The notes beneath the pieces were generated by a model. The model was given only the letters and a program-made list of their open reading frames with translations, did no database searches and was not told the origin of the DNA. From assembly GCF_009914755.1 (NCBI RefSeq), contig NC_060925.1: 64,000 nucleotides of DNA; one strand, written 5' to 3'. The first letter of the stretch is position 1. Each line of letters opens with the position of its first letter. Both the position numbers and the translations under genes were made by a program. This document shows positions 56,183-64,000 of the stretch, piece by piece. The stretch comes from the human T2T-CHM13v2.0 reference genome, Homo sapiens.

Positions 56183-57288
56183 TTAATGGTAGACTTCTTC
56201 TTCTATCTGGCAGATATAGCCAGGATGGAAGAGGAACAAAATAATAAAGAACCTGATATATATATATATATCAGGTTGGAATATATATATGTATATATAT
56301 TTCAAATATGCATATATAGTTATTAATTTAAGAGATACCAGACTATGTTGAGTAAAACAAATGTGGCTTATCTACCTGGAACTCCAATTTCACGTTAAGA
56401 TTAGGGGAAAGATTTAACCGAATGCAGAGATGCAACATTTTTAAAGGTGAAACATGAGACCTCAAAATAATGAATGCTTTGCAGTGGAATACTGAAGTTA
56501 CCTCCTTCAGTCCCCCTGGAGATAACCTTGTCTGCTTTTAATCTAGAGGATCATCACTTGCAAAGTGTGAGAAGCATTGCCCTAAAGCATCAGTCTCTCT
56601 GGACTGTTTTGAACTATAATGAGCATATTCTCCAGAATTTTGGAAGGCTTGCTCTGCTTTTCTTTGATTTTTGTTTTGTTTTGTTTTGTGTTTAACATGG
56701 GCTTTAGGATGGTCTCTTGATCCTCTGATTTTGAGGACTAGTGTTATCACCATGAAGCCCTCGTGTCATCTCTTGTCTCTAGGAGGACAAGCAGAAGACA
56801 TTTCTTCTGTTTGGCATAGTCCGTGCTCTTCTCCACTTACTCTGATGCCACCTATCTTTCAATGTCTAGCTCAAGTTAATTTCAGGTCATATCATTCTCT
56901 TGACTTTTTAACTCATGTTAAATCTCTCTCTCTCTCTATCTCTATCTCTCTATCTAATATGTATAGATCTCTATATCTAGATAGACATATATAGTAGCCA
57001 GCACTGCCTGTGTACTCAACTGTACTCCACCATTTAGCACCTCATTAGATCTTATTGATTTATATACCCACATACACATTCGCTTCATGTTTACTGTATT
57101 CTGACTCTTTAAGTGGGTCACTACTCTTTAAGTGGGATGATATGTGAGAGAGCCACCACACTTGCTAATGTATAGTAGGAATTCACTAAAGACTATATAT
57201 TATATTGTTTTTTATTCCTTGAACATACTCCAAGGCAGCAAATAAATGATAACATGGTTCTAGCTAATTAATTGATTTGAATATTTTA

Positions 57289-57637
57289 AAGTCATGCACT
57301 ACATAATGATGTTTTGGTAAATGAGGGACTATTTATACTACAGAGGTCTCATGAGATTAAAATGCTGTATTTTTACGTACTTTTTCTATGTTTAGATAGA
57401 TTTAGGTTCACAAATACTTAACATCATGTTATAGTTTCCTATAGTATTCAGTATAGTGACATGCTATACAGGCTTGTAGCCTGGGAGCAATAGACTATAC
57501 CATACAGCCTAGGTATGTGTAGCAGGGTATACCATCTAGATGTGTGTAAGTACACTCTATGATGTTCACATAACAACAAGATCACCTAATGACACATTTC
57601 TCAAAATGTATCCCTGTCGTAAAGTGACACGTGACTG
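57289..57637. mobile_element. Tigger3a/MER7A DNA transposon
   Basis: TA-flanked, ~350 bp, agtcatgcac...cacgtgactg TIRs; internal tgtgtaagtacactctatgatgttcac. Confidence 0.88.
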
Positions 57638-57929
57638 TATTTGATTACCGTAATGTTTTCTATTTCTTGAGCACATTTATCATAAATCTAATGTTTTCCT
57701 CTGTAAATTAAGAGACAACTAGCAAAATTTAGCTACTGTACTTGGGCAGCTTATGCTGCTCTCAGAAAAGAAATTGTAGAGGCAAAATCTACTCTGAACT
57801 CAGATACTGAAATCTCTCTCTTTTTCTGTAGACTATATATGAGAATTTTTTTCTATTTCTAATTAAATATAGGAGGTTTGGTATGTGAGGAAATAAGAAT
57901 CTGTTTAGATAAAAAAGGCTATCCTGATA

Positions 57930-59450
57930 TATGTTCAACACAGCATTATAACCAACGGAAAAAAGAATGAAAATATCATCAAGATATCCAAGTGGAAGGC
58001 AATTAAATAAAATATTGTATAGCCACATAATAGAATATGTATAGCTATTAAAGTAATATTTCTGAAGAATATATAATGAGAAAAATAAACATGGAAAACA
58101 TAGTAGTAAATTTGTTTAAAGAATGATATGGCAAAATGATTTCAATGTTGTGTATGTTTTTAGGATGTTGAGCTCATTGTATTGTATTTAATTGAGGCTA
58201 AAAATTTAGGGCTGCATTCCTGTGTGGTCCAGGGACAGAACTGCCATTGAATGTATACTCCGTGTCAGTCATGGGGAAAGAGGTGTCAGGGAACTTAGGC
58301 AGGTCCCACTCTCTGGTCATTGCTCTCTTTTGTCTGTGCTTCTGGAGGAAGAAGGAAGGTAGCCTTGACCACATGGTATTAAGCGAAGTCAGGCCATCTC
58401 TTTGGAAGCAATAAGCTGAAGATGAGTAAATTACACCTTGTAAACTATACCTGTGGCTTTAAAATTTGCTTTAAATCGATCCACAGTGAGAAATAGATTT
58501 TATGTTGGAACACAGTAAACACACACTTATCCCCACACACGGCCAAAACAAAAGCTTCACAAAACAGAGCTTACACTTTCTATGTGTTATGGCCTCTGAT
58601 ATTTTTTCTTCCATTATATTCTTTTCTCTTATTTAACAACTAATTGGAAAGTATATACTGATTATGATCCACAAATTATATGTAGCATTGTTTTTGAAAC
58701 TCGAATAAGTGGAAAAATACTGTACCAAACATTGCATAATGTCCTTTTTTAAATTGAACATGAAGTTTTTGAGATAAACTGTTGTATAGTATTCTAGCAT
58801 ATGAATATCTCTTCAGCCAGCCTTCTATTCCTAGGCATTTCAGTTTTTTGGATTTTACACTCTAAGGTTCTTGATTGGTGTTGTCAAATTGTCCACCAGA
58901 AAGATAGAGAAAGATAGTTAACAATTTGTACTTCTACCAGCATGTTATGCAAATATGCTAGTCATTATCCTCATCAATACTGCACATTATATTCTCACAT
59001 TTTCTTACACTAAAAGGCCTTAGCAAATAAATGAGGATATGGAGTTTAACCAAAAGAATAATGACAAAATTATCTTATTCCCACCATCTGTTTTCCTAAG
59101 GTTATAATGTTTTAAATTTGAGATTGATATAGGGACATATTTGAAGGTAAAAATGGCATTTCATTTTTTTTAAAGATGCATTTATTGAGAGGGTTGATTT
59201 TTAATATGTTTCTTGGCTATTTAAATTTCTTTATTTCTAACTGTAGGAGTTTTAACTCCTTTGTACTTTTTGCCTCTTGGATTCTAACTTTTTACTAAAG
59301 CCAAAAATTAATACTTATTTATATATAGGTAATATTTGGACCTTTTACAAAAACTCCATTTTCTGTCAGCATAATCCATTCAAAATATGAATATCTTTTT
59401 GCCATAGAACAGATATCATTTCAGAGACTTTTCCACACTCCTCATTTTGT
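57930..59450. mobile_element. Old L1 fragments (both orientations)
   Basis: cacataatagaatat..gctattaaa (+ strand); tcaaattgtcc..ccagaaag, tacttctaccagca (- strand). Confidence 0.45.
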
Positions 59451-61609
59451 GGAAATGTTATGGATTTCTGCACTGGATTTTGGTGGTAGAGACATAATCT
59501 TAGGGCTGGGAAAGATTCATCTGAGTGCCTGCTTCTGTCTTTTGTTCCTATTATAAGAACTTGGCTAAGTTGTCATTTACTCTCAGGCAAAGCATCCTTT
59601 CCCCTTAGAATCAGTCCCTTTGAAAAAAGTTGAATCCTAAAACATAATTCCTTGTATAAAACTGCTGGTATGAAATCTGCTCTGGTTTTAATTCACCAGT
59701 CTAATTGGCAGGCTGGTTTTTTGTGTGCCATTTAAAAATTTCAGAGTTTCTTTTCTTACAAAAGGGGAAAATGATGAAATTTGTTTCATAAGCATAAGAT
59801 TGGAAAAAACTTACTGAGATCGGCAGGTTGTAAATTTCTTTTCACCTTGCTAGGAATAGATAGATTCATATAGTATCTATTCCATGAAAATTAAAGATGT
59901 GAGCTGAGGAAAAAACAGAATTGGTTTCTCTTTGACCTGCTTTGAAGCTGACTTCTAAAATATTAAATGAAGAATTGAACTAAGTGTTGCTCCAGTACAA
60001 AGAAATAGCCCTTTTGTTTCAGAGAGTTGATGTCCATTGAGAAGTCCAGCTGCCGACATTATCATGAGGCCATATCTGCACAGTGATTTTTCACCGTCAT
60101 ATGTGGCATTTTGTTGCTTTCCTGTTGCTCCCTTTCCTTCTTGGAAATTGTAAAATGAAGAAATCAAGTACACTTCCAGACAATTTCTAAGCGTGGTCTG
60201 GAAACTTGTCTTGTGTTTCAGCAATGTTGTCATGGTTCCTCTATAGTGATTCGTATGAAGGAAAAAATTATAAACTGGTAGAAAAGATTAGACAAGTGTA
60301 AGGAATATGAAGCCTGCCGAGAAGTTAAAAGACTGTTCTAGAAAAAGAATTCTATATTTCAAAGAAAGATATTTTAGTGTGTGCATAGGTGCCAGAAGAC
60401 ATGAATGTGGGATGTGTAAAACTATAAATTGTCTGCCAGATATGGAGAGCTGAGATTTGTAGGTCATATGAAGGTTATACTAAAGGGCCTCAATCTTTTT
60501 GAAAATGACATTCAAAATTTTTGGATTCCTTTGTGGGTCAGAGTAGACTGAGGTCATTCATATTGTGGACCGTCTGCATGCTCTCTCAAGAGAGAACAGA
60601 ATCCAATGTGTGTGGTCTGCATAACTTACAGAAGAAGATGTGTGCATGACATAGAGAAAATGAGTTGGTGGCCAATATGCTAATCTGAGGTTGGTTGTTG
60701 ATGCCTGGGCCACTCCATATGGGTTTTTATTTCAAAGTTTAGAAAGACTAATCTTATATGAGGTGTTAGGGAGCATACTCATCAATGTGGCTACTATCTG
60801 GCTCAGAATCATGTTCTATTTAGCCATCACGGGAGACAGTGCTTTTATAGTGCCGAGCATGGTGTGATGCATATAGGAGTAGTTACATGCTTGTTGAATT
60901 GAACTTTGTGCTATATTTTTACAGATAATACTTGTAGCTGATATTTATGAAGAACTTACATGGTGTCATGCACTGTACTGAAAGCTTGGACTGTGTTGGT
61001 TCTTATAATCCTCAGTCCTGTCTTATCCTTACTCACCAGAGTAATTGGAGCCTGAGGTTAAATAATTATTCTAAGTAAGTAGTGCAAACAGGATATAAAC
61101 CCACTCTGACATCTACGTTCCACTCTTAAACTATTCTATTCCTCCCCTAATTTTATTTGCAGCATATGGAATAAGACCATAGTGAAAACCTTTTTTAAAA
61201 AATCAAATTTTTGATTTGGGCTGTGAGCTACAATACTATCATTTTGTTATTTAAAAAGCCTTTCATCTGAAATAACCTCAGAAAATTGGATTGTGTAAAC
61301 AGAGTGTATGGAAGGTTGAAAATACATATTACGTGATGAGTGTCTTCATTCAGGGATAAGAGAACTGATCAACAGTGTTTGTTTCCATTCTTGCTTTCTT
61401 TTCCATTAACGTGTTCATATAAATGGAAATAAGCTGTTAGAAATCATAGAGAGCGGAGTACATATTGTATTCATCATGTAAAAAACAGAATAATAAGTCA
61501 GCAACTGTTGGCTAGTTAACAAAATCATATTCTTGTGGGTGAGGTGTTGAGAAAAGTAGTTAGTGTGATGCTTTTGTTTTGTTTTTGGTTTTTTACAGTA
61601 TCAATAACA

Positions 61610-62680
61610 ACTGTTATCATATAGCCAACTGCCTACATGCTGTCTCTACTTGGATGTCTAGTAGGCAGTTTAAACTTAATGTGTTTATTATAGAACTCTT
61701 GATTTCTTCTTCCTAAATCTATTCTGCCTCTAGTATTTCCCATATCTGTAAATGGCAACTTATATTCATCTAGCTGCTGAAGATGAAAAATCTAAGAATC
61801 CTCCTTAACTCCTTTATATCCCTCACAACATATATTAGCAAGTGCTGTTAGCAAAATCGTCAAGATATATTGCAAATCCAACCACTTTTTACCTTCTCCA
61901 CTGCCAACAGCCAGGTCTCAACCAGCTGTGTCTCTAGGCTAGACTCCCGCAGTATCTCCTAATTGGTCTCCCTGCTTCCTACTTTTGTCCTACTATCAAC
62001 ATCATTTATATACTATATAATATAAGCTATTATAAAATAGAGACGTACGTAACATAATAATGTATGTGTGTGTATAATTTAAAAAAATCTCAGCCAGTCT
62101 GACCCTTTCCTTGTTCATTTTTTCTCGTAACTTTGTGTCCATTCAACATCATATGCTAACCCTTACTACTGCCTGGAACTTCCTATCTAATCTGGCTCCT
62201 GCATGCCTCTCTAACCTCCACTGTCATTGCTCCCACCTTGCTCAGTCCTCTCTAGCTGCACCCTTTTGCTGTTCCTTGTAACACTGTTTATTCCTGCTTC
62301 TTTGCTTGGATCTGCATTCTCAATATCTTCCTATAGTTTTTTCCTAACTTTTATTCAGGTCTCCACTTAAAAAACCTCAAAGGGGCCTACCTGACCACCC
62401 TATTGAAATGCATCCTCTGAATTTTTTATGGGGATTATAGTAAAAATATTTACAAACCGGGACAGCACAAATACTGACCAATCAGAAGAGATGACAATGG
62501 TTTTACTCCTTACAGGCCACTTTCTGACTATCAGACTATAACTGATATCTCATAGGTTATATATTTGCTCATTTATTTATATCTCTTTTCCCCTCCAGAA
62601 TACAAGCTCCAAAGGGTAGGAACTGTGTTTCGTAGTGCCCATAGTAGAGCCCCATAAACATTTGTTAAATGAATGAATGA
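61610..62680 (+). mobile_element. LINE-2 remnant with 3' end
   Basis: ctctacttggatgtcta..aaacttaa, tggtctccctgcttcc, ending ttgttaaatgaatgaatgaa. Confidence 0.75.
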
Positions 62681-62884
62681 ACCGTTAAACAGAGATATAT
62701 TTGTTTGACCATAACCTTCATATCAAAGATTATTGCTCTGATATACACAAGGTCTTTGGGGTATTGGCTGTGCTGGAGGCCCTTAATCTCTTAAAGGTCC
62801 TTAACCTTTAGCTTTATTTTTCAATTAAAAATATTTTAAGGTACATAAGCAGTATAATAAATACACGTGCAACCACAACTTATA

Positions 62885-63205
62885 GGCCGGGTGTGGTGGC
62901 TCATGCCTGTAATCCCAGCACTTTGGGAGGCTGAGGCAGGAGGATTACTTGAGGTCAGGAGTTTGAGACCAACCTGGCCAACATGGCAAAACCCCATCTC
63001 TACTAAAAATACAAAAATTGGCCAGGTGTAATGGTGTGCACCTGTAATTCCAGCCACTTGGGAGGCTGAGGTACGAGAATCACTTGAACCCAAGGGGCAG
63101 TGGTTGCAGTGAGTTGAGATCGTGCCACTGCACGCTAGCCTGGGTGACAGAGTGAAACTGTGTCTCAAAAAAAAAAAAAGAAAAAAAGAAAAAACACCAA
63201 AAAAA
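62885..63205 (+). mobile_element. Alu (S-type)
   Basis: Full dimer with A-rich tail; TSD ccacaacttat / ccacgacttat. Confidence 0.95.
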
Positions 63206-63269
63206 CCTCCACGACTTATGATTAACAGTGGTAATGTTATATTGTTTTTGTTAGAATTAAAAAAAAAAA

Positions 63270-63800
63270 GATATCACTGACAGAGTTGAAATAATCTTTG
63301 TCCCTATTTCCCTAAGAAGAAATCAGTATCTTGCATTGCTGTATTTCCTTCTAGTCCATGCTTTTATGCTTTTATACATGGATTATGTGTTCAAAAATAA
63401 CACATACTTTTGATTTTGGATTTTTTTAATGTTACCATCCTGGAGAAAAAAAAAACTATTCTGTAACTTGCTTTGTCATTCAATGTTATATTTGTAAATT
63501 ATCCATTTGATCTATATGATCATGTTAATACTATATATATGTACATATGTATGCATATGTATATATTTCATTGTATAAATACATAACTCATTAATGGAAA
63601 TTTAGGAAGTTTCTTTTTTTATTTTTAGTTTTTGCAATTACAAGCCACTCTACAAGAAATATCCTTGCACCAAACTCTTGGTGTGTATGAGCAAGTTTTA
63701 TTTTGTTTTTCCCAAGGAATGCACCCCAAAGACAATCTGTTGGACTGTAGAGTATGAACATTTTCGTCAAATGGGGATGCACTACTTTGAACTCCTATCA
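63270..63800 (-). mobile_element. Old L1 3' fragment
   Basis: attctgtaacttgcttt..cattcaa, ttttgcaattacaa, aatatccttgcac motifs. Confidence 0.5.
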
Positions 63801-64000
63801 ACAGATTTTAAGTATTCTCCTTAATAAGTTTTGTCGTGTTTATTGATATGCTTCCTCTTATTATGTAATTACTATATTAAGAAATCATGTTTCTCTTATT
63901 TTCTTAGCTGTCAGGAATAGATTTTATGATGTATCATGGTAACCACAATTAACTTAGAATTTTTGGTAAAACTCTATGTACTATGCCTCTTAATGTCTCA

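Overview
Mammalian, almost certainly human, genomic DNA (Alu-rich, AT-rich). It contains the 5' end of the netrin-G1 gene NTNG1 on the + strand. The gene part comprises a CpG-island promoter (~41.5-43.35 kb) with several candidate non-coding first-exon splice donors, a ~7 kb first intron, and the first coding exon (49576-50346: 525 nt of 5'UTR plus codons 1-82), followed by the start of a long intron. The upstream ~39 kb is intergenic and full of Alu, L2, MIR, ERVL/MaLR LTR and DNA-transposon remnants and microsatellites. The other ORFs in the supplied track are repeat-derived, low-complexity or GC-rich chance ORFs. I see no new multi-gene system. The most interesting signals are: (i) a 5' leader with 7 upstream ATGs (6 uORFs), hairpins and a possible alternative acceptor; (ii) a 109-bp templated insertion with a 33-bp flanking duplication, resembling a DNA-repair scar; (iii) an L2-derived RE1/REST site upstream of the promoter; (iv) a possible spliced antisense transcript in the CpG island; (v) CTCF and ZNF143 motifs and a palindrome cluster. 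Repeat family names and boundaries come from visual recognition and are approximate.
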